DNA of 64,000 nucleotides from contig JALMLS010000062.1 of assembly GCA_038496445.1 (NCBI GenBank), positions 558,001 to 622,000 of the forward strand. The letters run 5' to 3'. This document shows positions 14,203 through 26,661 of the stretch, in pieces. The translations under genes and the position numbers were made by a program. Below the pieces are notes generated by a model. That model had not been told where the DNA came from and did not search any database. It saw only the letters and a list, made by a program, of their open reading frames with translations. The DNA is from Trichosphaerium sp. ATCC 40318. Taxonomy: Eukaryota > Protista > Tubulinea. Within the stretch, counting starts at the first letter, position 1. The number at the start of each line of letters is the position of its first letter.

Positions 14203-15179
14203 TATTGAGATGTTGATTGTTTTATGTTGGTGTTTTTTGTTTTATTCTTCTTTGATTTATTTGCTGAATACTACAAACTAAAAACTAAAAACTGCCAAGT
14301 ACTTCATTGTTCACACTTTGTTCCACGCGCCAGAGAATATCTATGATTAGTTGAGACCAGGTATGTGAACATTGTATCACGAACTTACCCCAAACCGCGA
14401 GTCTATCACGTGATTTTTACAAACCACGTTTAAGTTTAACTAGGCGCTTGCGATATTGATAAAGATGATGTTGGATCTAGTTCGTTACAGAGATGACTCG
14501 TGGAACAACTTTTTCAGTGAAATTTTTATCCCGTCCACCCCGCCTGATACAATACAATCATCGATTAACTCGTACTAAATGGCCTTCAGCCAAAGTGCTA
14601 TCAACTTCACGATGCCACTGTATTTTATCGAACAACTTATTTGTTTGCTGGTCTGTATAAAAACTATTATTTGCACAAGCTAAGTCAATGTATTGTAGCA
14701 ACTAGCTGGGGAAACGAAAGCGTAATGAAGTTTATCCTGAAAAAAAAGCATGGCTGTACAAACCGGGTTTTACGGACGTTTGAGACTTAGGGAGGTTGGC
14801 TGCTAACGTAAAGTCAACAACCAAGCGTAACAACGGGTAGAGGCAATGACTACCAATGTACTCGGAACAGTTTTTGGTTTTTAGGTTGTTTTTATTGTCT
14901 GTGACTTTGAATAAAACAAGGGTCTCAGGCTTCGTGACCAAGCGGTCAAGCCAAGAGATACTTTCTCCTCCAATCAGGTGTTGTTGTTGTTTGTAGGAAC
15001 CAAAGGACAATAGGGTTCCAGCACTTTTAACAAAGAAACAATATACGCACGTGGTCTTTGCAAAATAATTCCATTTCACAGCGTTACATGCATCTGTTAC
15101 CTTTATAAACAACTTATTCGGTTAATCATTTATGTACTACAGAGAAACCAGTGATAGGTATTGTCCACAAAAAGGTCGA

Positions 15180-18100
15180 GTTTATTGTAATTACATTTCG
15201 GCTTCTGACCAGTTCATTCTATGATTGCTTTATTGTTTGAACCAAATCATGTATACACTTCCTTCCAGAACTCTATCGCTTCCACAAGGAACTTATGTAG
15301 TGCCATATGGTATTTATAGAGCGAATAAAATAGTAAGGGACATGGTATATCCTAATAGATAAGTCAGTAAGTTTTTACTTAAAATAAACCATAATAAAAA
15401 GAGAAGACGCACGAGGTTGATAGGTAAATTACAGGAAAGAATATAAAATGAAACACATCAAAGGCTTTAGTAATAGCATTCTTTTTTGGTTTTGGAGGGT
15501 TAACTATACTAGCATACATCTTTTTGCAGGTACTAAACTGTTAGACTTCAAGCCAATAGCGTGACATGTATTTTATTACGTACGATCTTGCTGCATCACG
15601 CATTTCTTTATCTGATATATTCTCATTAGCACACTCCTAACTCTTTTTGTGAGAAAATCATTTGTAACAGAAGATGGGTATTGTACAAGTTTAGCAGCAA
15701 TAAATTTGATGAAATCATGATGGTCTGGTATATCTGGAGATTCAAGATAAGTGGAATACATTTCAAGCCTATTATCAATTTATAAGTCAAAACCAATAAT
15801 GTGCACGTGTAACAAAGTATTGAAAAGCCACTAGAAAGAGTACGATTGTTTTGTATGTTGTGCTATAACGATTGGGATGCATGTTTTAACTAGTTCCATT
15901 TTCACACTGTCACTGTCACCTATTAGGATAGAGTTCCGTTATTAGTATCTACAATAGTGATGAAGTTGTAAATATAAGCGTACTAGGTTTATAAACATCT
16001 TCGTCAAGGAAGAATGGTTCAAGGAGAGGTAAGAACTCATTTTGCCATGGTATTTCAGGTGTTGAAATATATAAAACAAATTCGTTTAAAGCCACAACGT
16101 CACTGTAACGTAGTCCTGGATCTTCACCTTTGTATACATGCCACATTGCATTTTCTATTGCAGTAAATGATTGAAATCGTGCACCGTACGATAGTACTTC
16201 ATGAATATCCTGCCATGAAGAACAAATAAGGATCTAAAGTAACATCTTTTAGGAAAAAAATCGTACAGAAAACGATGCTGTATTTACATCAAAGCCTGGT
16301 ATTGGAGCAAGGCTTTCCTTGATGTAGTTCATCAATTTACGATTTTTGAAAGCTGATACACCAAGTATAGCTGTGTATATAGTAAGTATATTAACAAGTA
16401 GCACTTGACTTACTAATCTGGTCGAGCATCCAATTAATAGGTGAATATGAATCTAGTATTATGTTCCAGTCTATTGGGACATCCCTCCACTATTGTATAC
16501 TTAAAAATCAAATTGGTTACATTCAAAATACCTTGGGTACTACTGGATTCTTCAATGGATGATCAGCAACTTAAACAAAGATGATTTAGAACGTATGAAT
16601 ATTTTGAAGAGTTTCAAAAAAGAAAGTTGTACGTTCACATTTCTTGTCAATGTATGCAATCACATCAAATCGAAATGGTTCTTTTCCAAAGTTTACACTA
16701 CACTTAGCACTGTTTGATCTCATACCAATAGTTGGAAAGAACATTTGTGCTTCAATATCAGGCTACAAGCAACACAGTCATTAACAAAGTATGAAACAAA
16801 AAGAAAAAGAAGGAGTACATAAGGAATAACGCCAATAAAGTTGCCATTCTTTGTAAAGAACATTTCTTTTTCTTGAAAGTCAAACCCACATCCAATTGTA
16901 TCATGAAGTCCCCACTTTTCTTTAAATGTGTATGTCCATGCATTTTCTAAAAGTAAATCAAATTAAGCATAAAAGTCCATCACTTTTGATTGCACAACAA
17001 AAAAGCCATCTTACGAAAGTAGAAGCCACCATCACCTCTAAAAAAACACAAACAATTAATAAACACTTTCATTTAGAGCCAAGTATTACCCATGATATCC
17101 GTATGAACAGTTTTTACATCCTGGCAACGCCTTGGTTTTTTCATAATGCTTGATAGCAGCACCCATACCAATAACACTATTTTTGAAATTTATTAGCAAA
17201 ATTAGCTCATTAGCAAACCGCTTACCAAGGATGCTCACCGCTATCAATCACATAGATCTCGTAGTATGATACTGATGCGATTTTACCAAAGGGAAGTGGT
17301 CTCATTGGATGTGATGCTTGACAGCTCTAAATACGATTAAGCAATGCAATACAGAAAGAAGCATTCCTCACCATAGCCCTATCTTCGCCAATTTTTGTTA
17401 CCTCTGTATTGTCGTTTGAGAAACGTAAGAGTTGATCATGTTCTTCTACAAGAATAATAAAAGTCACGTGCGTCATAAATAACATAAAGTTGTAGTCGTA
17501 CCTTCTTTTACAAGTCTAAGTGATGACATGTATTCATGGAGTGGATATCGGTCTTTGAACAGTTGTTTCCATGTCATACCTTTTGGAAGATGGCGAACCC
17601 ATTTATATTTGCTACAAATCATCGCCTATTGTTATATACCATGTTAGGGTGAGTATTGGATGCGTAAGATGCGTACCCAAAGAGATTCAGCGGAATACAT
17701 CTTTTTCCAACTCTTTGACACTAATGGAAGAATACCTATTCATTTTTTAGCGTTAAATACGCGTCAAAAACGACTTGCCAGTTTGTTTGATGGGTATTAA
17801 CATAAATATCTTGTGAGCCATCTAATACGGTTACGTCAGCGATATTAGGTTGTTTGGAAGCGTTTTAACATCACCTCAAGCGGTATTTGAGATAAATCGT
17901 TGCCTGAGTTCATTTTTGAGAGATAACGCAATTAAATACAAAGTAGACGTTGGGTTCGAGCGTTAGCAAGAACGGATAAATGTCAACAGAAAGTAACGCT
18001 TAACGTATTTTAAGTGAATCGATCGTACTCAGTAAACTCATTACAGTTCAAATTCTAAGTTTGGTTCCCAGAATGTCTAATTTTTGGTCCCACAGAATTT

Positions 18101-18270
18101 CTTGTTTCCGTCATGTTTATAAGCACTACGCCAATAGTAGTAACACTAGATACAGGAGTGAGGAACCTTACACAACAAAATGACTTTCAAAGGGAATAAT
18201 TTTTATTGTATTTTCACTCACTTTGACCTGTACTGTGGGTTGCACTTGAGGCAAGTAACATAGTTTGAAT
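15180..18270 (-). repeat. Right arm of ~3.1 kb inverted repeat
   Basis: Reverse complement of 10095-13175, including upstream sequence and introns. Confidence 0.93.
15247..17913 (-). CDS. F-box + SPRY domain protein, copy B
   Basis: Same exon structure as copy A. ATG at 17913. Ends VEAIEFWKEVYT-TGA. Confidence 0.88.
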
Positions 18271-19796
18271 GAATCAATAGCACCACGACATTGACCCTGG
18301 TACAGAAGACTGTTGTATCCATTCACTTGACTTTCCTCTTGCAAGAATAGTTTTGTAACCATACTTCAAAGTCGACATTTGCAGTTTAACAAAAGACATT
18401 GGCTCTTCGTTGATACTATCCAGTACTAATATGAAGCTACTTAGCGCCAAGAAACTGAAAGCAATCTTGTTTGGTACTAAGTGCGACCAGCTAGCACATG
18501 TGAAGTTGCTGTGAATCAAAAATAAAATTGTTGAACAATTTTTAACCATGTAAAGAGCGTTTGGATCAACCATAAGCAGCAGAATGTAATGACTCTGTCA
18601 TAGGCACTGGCGTGTTGTCCCAAACGTTGCAGGTTCGACCCCATCCCACTCTGTTGGGTAACCTAAAAAGATAACGCAATTTCAGTTGATGATTTACGAA
18701 TTCCTAGCATTGTTTGCGAGTGAAGAAAAAAGGCTATCTCATTCAAGTTTTACTACTATTTCTAGAAAGCGAGTTTTTAGCTCTTTTAGCAGATCTAGCA
18801 AGATCTGACACTTCTGTCAAATAGTGCAGATCTATCACAATGTGAACTGTACGCGTGATAATGATGTCCTTCATAGTACGACTAACATACACTATAAAAT
18901 TGGCGGTATCATGGGTCTGAGGATAATATTGTTTGTTGTATCCTATGTCAGTATTACCTTCCACAGTTCACGTGGTTTTTTCAATAACCTTTCTTTCGAG
19001 ATTATACCAAAATTTTCAACGTCAGTTTCAATAGACTGTGGAAGATGATCGTACGAGTATTTTACCTACGCACTGTACACAGTATGGTCAAACCACAGAA
19101 GTTCAATTAGCTAAAAGCAAATTAAATGGTATGATGTCTACAACGCTATCGCATAACCGCCAAACACGGTATGAATGCCTCAAACACTGTTTGCTGTAGT
19201 TTTGCTTCAAAAATCAAAGTACGTGTATAAATTACTAGCGCTACGCTAGCGCCTACCTCACGCTAACAAAAGCGCTCTCGCAGCATCTAAACACCAAGGC
19301 AGGCGTAATAACTCTAAAATCTCCAAAAACACCACCAGTGTTGCTGTAGGCTTTGCAAATGCCTCTGGGTGTCAAATATACAAATAAAAATGCTGGTATG
19401 GGTTTGTTAAATCACGTGGGTTTGAAATGGTTGGATTCGCTGTACAGCACGTGAGGGTCACATAAAAATACGTGAAATTCGCAAGATCTGTCAGAAGTGT
19501 CAAATTCCGATCAGATCTGACACATCGAGCAGAAACTGGATTTTTTTAGTTAAAAGTCAGTCTGTCTACGAGACAGACAATAATATTAAAAACCGGAGAT
19601 GTTTCACCACTCCATCAACATATTAGTATTAATAGACGCCGCAGTACAACTTAAGCGGTGACACTACCCTTATATCTGTTACTACAACTTCAAGCTAGGA
19701 TAATACCTGAAAATAAGGCATATACTGCACGTTCTGTTCAAGAGTGTGAACGAATTCAAAAAGGCTTTAGTAACTATTTCTACATTTTGTGTCCTT

Positions 19797-21515
19797 ATGA
19801 AAACCACGTGTGTGATATGCCATAATGCTATACTACCTTTGGTAATACCAAATTCTGATTGTAATTAACAATTCTGTCCATAGGTACTAACTTTGGCGGT
19901 GATATTACCAGGAGCTTTCTCCACCTTACATTTACCAAATATTGGGTCATTTAACGCGCCTACATTAACGTACAAGAAACTCAGATTGTATAATATTAAA
20001 AAGCCTTTATATTAGATACCCTAGATCTACATGGCCTGGCGAAAACGTGAGCGGAATAGTCACGTGCTCAAAACAGAAAAATATTTCTTTTTTCGATAAA
20101 ATTCTGTTGGTGTCGTTTACAGGTCCAAGAGCTGGTATTGCTCTCGAACCAATTATCGCAGAGTATCAAGATACATACAAACCAAAGGCTCTTGTTTTTA
20201 GAGGTACTTCGCTTACGCCAGGGAAGATATGGTTTGATTCCAATAGAGACTTTGAAAGTGTAAAACTGCCCGTAGCAGTAATTTCAGGTAGGTGAATTGT
20301 TTCGGCTTTTCAGCCAATAAATATTAACTTATATAGCTGGTGACTTCGATTCTATTGTAAATGCTATCGAAAAAAATAATGGAACTATAGACAACTCCGT
20401 ATTATTACGAGGTACACCTGAAAGGGTCATTTTTTTTTCGGAGTGCACTTATCATTTTTTAATTATAGAAAGAAACGAATGGGAACATATCCTTACTAGC
20501 AAAATTATACTGCTTTGTATACAAGTGCCCTTTATTTTCTGGAGTCTATTGAATGTTTGTTTGTGCTTGAACCGATTCTACAATAATACAACCGAAACCT
20601 GTAGCTGCATTTTGGATGCTAAACACATAATTCTATGTTTCGAATTTATTGCAAATTTCAGTACGATATTTCTCACGTGCGAAAAAAAAAATCCAATCTA
20701 TTAACACGTGCTAGTGCGTCTTGTATTTTCAATAGATCTATATGGCTCCCATAGACTTTATCCGCCTTGGGCTGCTACAATCTCTTTTAAAAGTACTTAT
20801 CCTTTTGCACTTGGATCATTTATTATCATGGCTGTTCAATGGAATCTCATTTTACGAGCACAGAATATTATGGTTAATCAGTTCGTTCAAAAGATAAAGA
20901 TTCTATTCTATCTATGTGTTGCCGCACTTATTATACTGGAGATAGCATCTAATATTGCGTTCGCACTTGTACGTTTCAACTGCTTTTTAACTTTGTTTTT
21001 ACATTTTCTAGGTTGAAACGTCAAGTTTGTTGTTCGGACTGAGTGGATTCTATGTTCTATTGATTTTTATTGTTGGAGTTTACTATAATGTAACAGCAGC
21101 TCGTGTGCTTGTCCGTATTAGGCAAATGGAACCTACAGCCGCAAAGAGAAGTATAGAAACAGTAAGTGATTTTTACTTTAAACAAATATTTGTTTTATAT
21201 TTACAACAACTTATACTCATCTAGGCTATGTACAAGGGTATTGGAGTTGGTGTAACAATAATCTTGTGTTCGTGCAGCACTTTTTTATTTCTTTCTTTTA
21301 TAATAGGACGACCTGTTGGCTATGTATTGGTTCTTACTTGGTATTCTTGTCTTCTCTTTTTTGCAAGCACTCTTCAGATCTTACACTTCTATGATACTAG
21401 AAATATATTCAAGGACTACCTAATTGGCCTTGGTTTGATTGAACCAAGCGATGACATTCGACCTCATGAAGAAATAAATACAACAAAACGGACAAATAAT
21501 ACGGCACTATCATGA
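19797..21515 (+). CDS. Signal peptide + PA-like ectodomain + ~7TM membrane protein (receptor-like)
   Basis: Spliced MKTTCVICHNAILPL|VLTLAVILPGAFS. PA-like segments DKILLVSF...KALVF...LPVAVIS. Then NEW and about 7 hydrophobic segments, including EFIANF.VRLVFSID. Paralog at 44272-46236. Confidence 0.7.
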
Positions 21516-22047
21516 AAAAGAAACTAATAGACAATCTGTAAATATCCCTGTTGTTCAAAACCAAGCAAATATGAGAGTCTTGGAGGTATTCGTTTGTTTC
21601 CAAGTGTATTAACATAAATTCATCGTAAACTACTACTTTATTCACTGTACTTGAGTAGATCGTATGTGATCAAGTGTCATAGCACATTGAAATGTCAAGG
21701 TTAATGCAATTTTTTTGAAATATGAGAACTTGGTTTATCACATTTTTTTCTTGATTGACAGTTTGCATATTTAGCTCTAGATTTCACTAACAAAAAGTCC
21801 GTTATCTGTGACAATTTTTCGTTGACTGTATCGTTTTTTCTGTGTTTACAACCCTGGAAGTTCTCTAAAATACTGACACTATATTTCTTGATTTGAGTGA
21901 TAACACTCGAAGACCAATCACTAGCTCCAGTTGTAGTAGATCGGCAATCAATTTAAAAAGTTTTTTCCTAAAACAAGTGTCATAATGGACACTTTCTGAC
22001 TAATTACAACTGGTAACAATACACGCATTACAAATAAACAAACTAGT

Positions 22048-22800
22048 TTAGTTTTTATTTTCTTCTACTATTATTATATCATGCGACATAATGTCACTTT
22101 CTTTGATACCCTCAATATATTTACAGTTTTCTATAACTTCACCTCTTTTATTCCATTCCCTAAATTCACCATGTTTCATGTTATCCTTATAAAAGCAATT
22201 ATAACACAACTGGCCATTAATAAAATATTGCTTAAATTCTCCTTCTTTGAATCCATTTTGGTAAAAACAGTGTTCGTTTAACTGTCCGTTAGAAAACCAC
22301 GATTTAAATTCACCATCCTTATGACCATGTTTAAAAGTACATTCTCTTTGCTTAGTACCATCGTTGTAATACAGTATAAACGATCCATGCAGCACTCTGT
22401 TTAAGTAATCCTTACTTGACTTAATAGCACCACTTTGATAAAATTCCTTACAAGTTCCTTCTTTTTTACCGTCCTTATACATAATACTACTTCGTAATAT
22501 ACCATTATGCCAATAAATATCATATTGTCCATGTAGTTTACCATTACTAAAGATGCACTGAACCCATTTATGGCGTTCAGAAACGTTACAACTAAAATTC
22601 TCTCTACGTCGTACTTTTTCTCTTGTATTTTCATGCCACTTCTTGAAAGTACCATGCTTTTGTAATGCGCTATTAAACCGTGACGTTGTAGCTGTCTGGA
22701 AGCAAAGTAAAGGCCACTTGAAGAATATCTCTTTATCAATATTCTCAAATTCGTAATGGAGTTCAACCGGCATATCAAGAAGATGAATGCTCTCACTGAA
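22048..22800 (-). CDS. F-box-like + MORN_2 repeat protein (5' end uncertain)
   Basis: HLLDMPVELHYE...KWPLL...RFNSALQKHG followed by ~7 MORN_2 repeats. Body is intronless. Upstream ATG or exon not resolved. Confidence 0.75.
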   Translation of the reverse strand, partial: FSESIHLLDMPVELHYEFENIDKEIFFKWPLLCFQTATTSRFNSALQKHGTFKKWHENTREKVRRRENFSCNVSERHKWVQCIFSNGKLHGQYDIYWHNGILRSSIMYKDGKKEGTCKEFYQSGAIKSSKDYLNRVLHGSFILYYNDGTKQRECTFKHGHKDGEFKSWFSNGQLNEHCFYQNGFKEGEFKQYFINGQLCYNCFYKDNMKHGEFREWNKRGEVIENCKYIEGIKESDIMSHDIIIVEENKN

Positions 22801-23255
22801 CAAAAAAAAAATAGTTAGTCCAAAAACGTGATTAGTAATCGAAAAATCGAACAAAGTTTTAGCGCCTGAGCAAACATACTAGTGGCAGATAACTGGTGTC
22901 GCCCCATAGCAAAGGTAAGCGCTCACTACCTGAACTGTTTTCCAATTCAGACGCCATAGCAACGCTACTTAAAACCTAGAGCGTAGGATAGTTTTACACG
23001 TCGTTTCAAATAAAAAATGTAAAGAAGTGTGAGAACTCTAACCTTTCTGCCATTTTTGAATATAACACACGTAAATGCGTATATTTTATACAGTTTAAAT
23101 CTCGCTAGTAAGCTGCAAACAACAAAATTCAGCTGAAAGTAAAAAAAAACTGACTGAAATACTTCCATTGACTTTTTTGCTGGGCTTTTTTTTTTGTTTT
23201 ATTGAATTTTGAGATGATTTGTACAAGATTGCTCTAGGATTTTCGTTGATCGTAA

Positions 23256-24557
23256 TCATTCAACTTTATCACTATGTACATGTGTTTGTTGTAGAAAGTA
23301 ACCATAGTTGTTGTAAAGATCAACATCAGTGAGATGAGCCGTGTCATTCCATCTATCCAAAGACCAAAACTTATCGGCATAATAAAACTCGCAAACAGCA
23401 GTATTCTCAACTGAATGCCTCCAGAAAGTTGCAGATGACGTATTTAAAAAGCCACGCAAACAACACTTTATAGCAGAACCATGAGATACAACAAGAAGTC
23501 GTTTGTTCTCTTTTGGATCTGTAGGAAGTTGAGGTACAATAACCCTATTAATAAACCCAAAAATACGTTTTTCAAGGTCATACATAGACTCACCGCCAGG
23601 TGCACTCCAATGCCAACCTAGACGCTATATAAACGCATTAGAATAAGACACGTGAATCGAAGTAAAAAGGGCCCAAGTAACCTATAAAAAAAGCCCAACA
23701 AAAAAATTTCAAGGGTTCGGTAGTGACGTACATCCATCTCTTTTACAACGTCTTTTGTAAAGTATTCATCGCGTGATTTACCTTCCCAGTCACCCTGAGA
23801 GAGTTCTTCAAGCTCCTTATGGAACTCAACGCCTAATACAAGTGTGAAAAACACAAAAAATCGGTTCAGATTAGAAAATGGCTAAAAAGGCCATTAAAAC
23901 ATCAAAAGGTTGTTGCATACCACTAGAAGCATCAAAATCCAGGTGTTTACCCATATGTTGAATCGTTTCTTTGGCTCTGGCGGCAGTTGAAGAATAAACT
24001 TTGTCAAATTTGACGTTACGCTCTTTCATGTATATCCCGAGTTGTTCAGCCTTTGTTTTATGAGTTTTAAGACATAGTTTAGAAGATATTTGATTGAACG
24101 TTTCTTTCGTCGTTAACGCTTATTTTTTTAAAATGTAACACCAGCAATGGCGCCAATATACTGTGCAGTACAAGGGTTCGCCGAGTAAAAAAGAAATTTC
24201 AAAAAACGTTTTTTGGCGTTATGCATTACAAGCGACTCAAACACGCATGAAATGTATGTAACGCAACGGTTTTTTGCGAAGAGCAATAAAATAAACAAGT
24301 TTTTAACAAAACGAAATTAGGCCTACCTGTTCAACGCCCTTATCAGTCAATCGCGACTTAGAGTGCCTTCCTAATCGTTTTGAGTGAGCGATAAGCCGTT
24401 AATCAACTTTAAATAAAAACTGATGTCAACTTCATAAAAACAACGCTACTTTGAGCACTCTAGTGCGTATACAATACTATCCCTAGTACGTACCTCCGAT
24501 AACTCCTTTACGAATTTTGCAAGCAGCATGTCGCACAAAGCATAAGCTGAGCGACAT
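23256..24557 (-). CDS. Histidine phosphatase / phosphoglycerate mutase family protein
   Basis: Motifs FVRHA, LTDKGVEQAEQLG, VYSSTAARAKET, LEELSQGDWEG, APGGES, LVVSHG. Confidence 0.92.
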
Positions 24558-24873
24558 GCTTTGGTTACCTCGGCTAAAACGAACTTTTGGCTACAATGAC
24601 CCTAAAAAAACGCCACAAAACACCAGCCTTGAAATGGAACTATTTTGCCCGATATTTGTTTTAACGTGTTCAGAACAAGTGTCAAAACCTACAAGCGTTC
24701 TTACATAACGCTTAGATCCTTTTTTAACAGCAATTTGTGTAAATTAAAGCCACTTGGGGTAGCTTTCACATGCAATTGCAGCAAAGGGCAGTCAATGCGG
24801 TATTCTCTACACTGAAGCGATAAGAGTATCAATTCGAGTTTTTACAGCGTCAAAAAAGATGTGTTTGTTTTTT

Positions 24874-26407
24874 TTATTCTTCTTTCTTTTCCTCTTCTTT
24901 TTCTTCTTCTTTTTTATCTTCAGCCGACTCATCCTTTGCTTCCTCTTCTTTAGCATCATCAGTATTTTCTGCTTTATCTTCACTACTCTTTTCAACTTGT
25001 TTTGGCTCGTTAGGCTTCTTATCTTCCTTTTTGAGAGTCTCCGTGATGAAGTTGTGATTAGTGTAAACGCACATATCAGCTGCGATTGTCATTGCTTTTT
25101 TACAAATTTCTTCAGCAGACAAGTCGGAATCAATGAGTGCGCGTGCTGCAGCTTTAGCAAACATACTACCTGATCCAATAGAGGTAATACCATCATCAGA
25201 TTCCAAAACGTTTCCTGTATAAACACATCAGAGCGAAGAATAATTAAAAAAAAAATTTACAAGTTTTTGTTTTGCAATGCGTTTTTAAACATACCGTGTC
25301 CGTCAACTTCATAGGTATTGTGTTCATCACTTACGCATCTATATTTTGTAAGTTATGTAATCTTCTTATTGCGTTTAATGGTCATTAAAGCGAAAAAAAA
25401 ATACAATTTGTTTTGATATTCTAGCTGTATTTCTATCACGTACAAAGAGGCGTTAAGGTGGCGTAAATACTTATCTGTACGCCATAATTTTGATAAACCA
25501 ACTGCAGCTTGTAAAAGTTGCCCTAAAGCAATTATAAGAAACATACAACGGCACGTGTTGGAACTTTTTTGAGTCCAATATCATTTCTTTTGTTTTGAAC
25601 TATATTGCAAAATATAACCTTTGACGTACCGCTATGCTCATCTAATTGAGCTTCTAAGCGCTCAATGAGCGCAAAGCAATCAGCTGTTGCACCTATACAA
25701 CGTGTTATCGTAATGTACTTCAAAAATTCGATAAAAGTTGTTTTTTTCCTCTTTTCGTTTTGGTTGTATTTTGTGACATTTTTTTTGTAGTTTGCGTTGT
25801 AGATGAGCAACAATTAAATGGTTCGTACCAGCCATGCCAATAATAATTTCATTATTTTGAATGCGTCTTACTTTTCTGGCAGTACCCTTTACTACTACGC
25901 TTCCAGCAGTGACTTGTCCGTCGCCCATTGTTACCTTTTTGAAGCGTAAGACTACAGATAAATTGATGAAATAACAGGCGGAAAATAAAACTGTCTGGTG
26001 CATTGTATGCTCTCACAAGAGATGTGAAGACGCTATACTAAAATTTTGTGGAGAATTACTGTCGTTTTGTAGGTTTTCTAACGAGAGACCGCTCAAGAGC
26101 GTATTAAGCGCCTGTTAATTACTTTTAGAGTACGTACAACTTCGTTGTTCTTTCTGACGGATAAAATTGTTGTGGCATGCCAAGCTCCTTGCTATATCAA
26201 ACGTATTAGTTACAAATAATATTATGGTTGAGAACTGAGTGAGTTCGCTATAGACTTTAATTGTACCTCAGTTGGCAATGGACCTGCGCGAGGTTGCGAA
26301 TAACCACCATGTCGTCTTATTGTAACACGGTTGGAGTTTTTTGGTTGTGCTTTGACTCTATTCGCCCGAGATAATATTCCAATACGAGTAGAGGCACCCA
26401 ACATCAT
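24874..26407 (-). CDS. hslV: Mitochondrial ATP-dependent protease subunit HslV (ClpQ)
   Basis: Arg-rich presequence, then [55 protein letters not shown]. Acidic/lysine-rich tail. Confidence 0.95.
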
Positions 26408-26661
26408 TATAAAATACGTAAATACGAGTTTAACTCTAAACTGAAACAGTTTGTTAAGTCTCCAGCTGAGGCTCAAAAACGGCAAACAAGCCGCCAGTAC
26501 AATCAAGGCATGCCTAGGTTGCAGCATATAAACGTAATATGTTGATACGTGTCAGGTAGATTGTTATGTTGTTTGTTGTCTAGTGTTCATACTGGCGTCA
26601 TTGTTTGATAGTGTCAACCTTTGACATTAAGTCAAATTAGTTTTGTTCTTGTTACAGCGGA

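Noticed and set aside
14732-15112. 126-aa ORF in the palindrome spacer
   Set aside because: Non-ATG start, no recognisable motif and no convincing splice structure.
10095-18270. Inverted arms as transposon TIRs
   Set aside because: The arms are whole intron-containing genes with fuzzy ends; no transposase or target-site duplication was seen.
18576-18655. tRNA-like stretch with GCAGGTTCGACCC and complementary ends
   Set aside because: The T-stem has two mismatches, there is no A-box, and no proper 7-nt anticodon loop. At best a decayed relic; tRNAscan-SE would decide.
18274-19048. Cluster of short ORFs upstream of F-box copy B
   Set aside because: Could not be joined into a gene model, and no motif was recognised.
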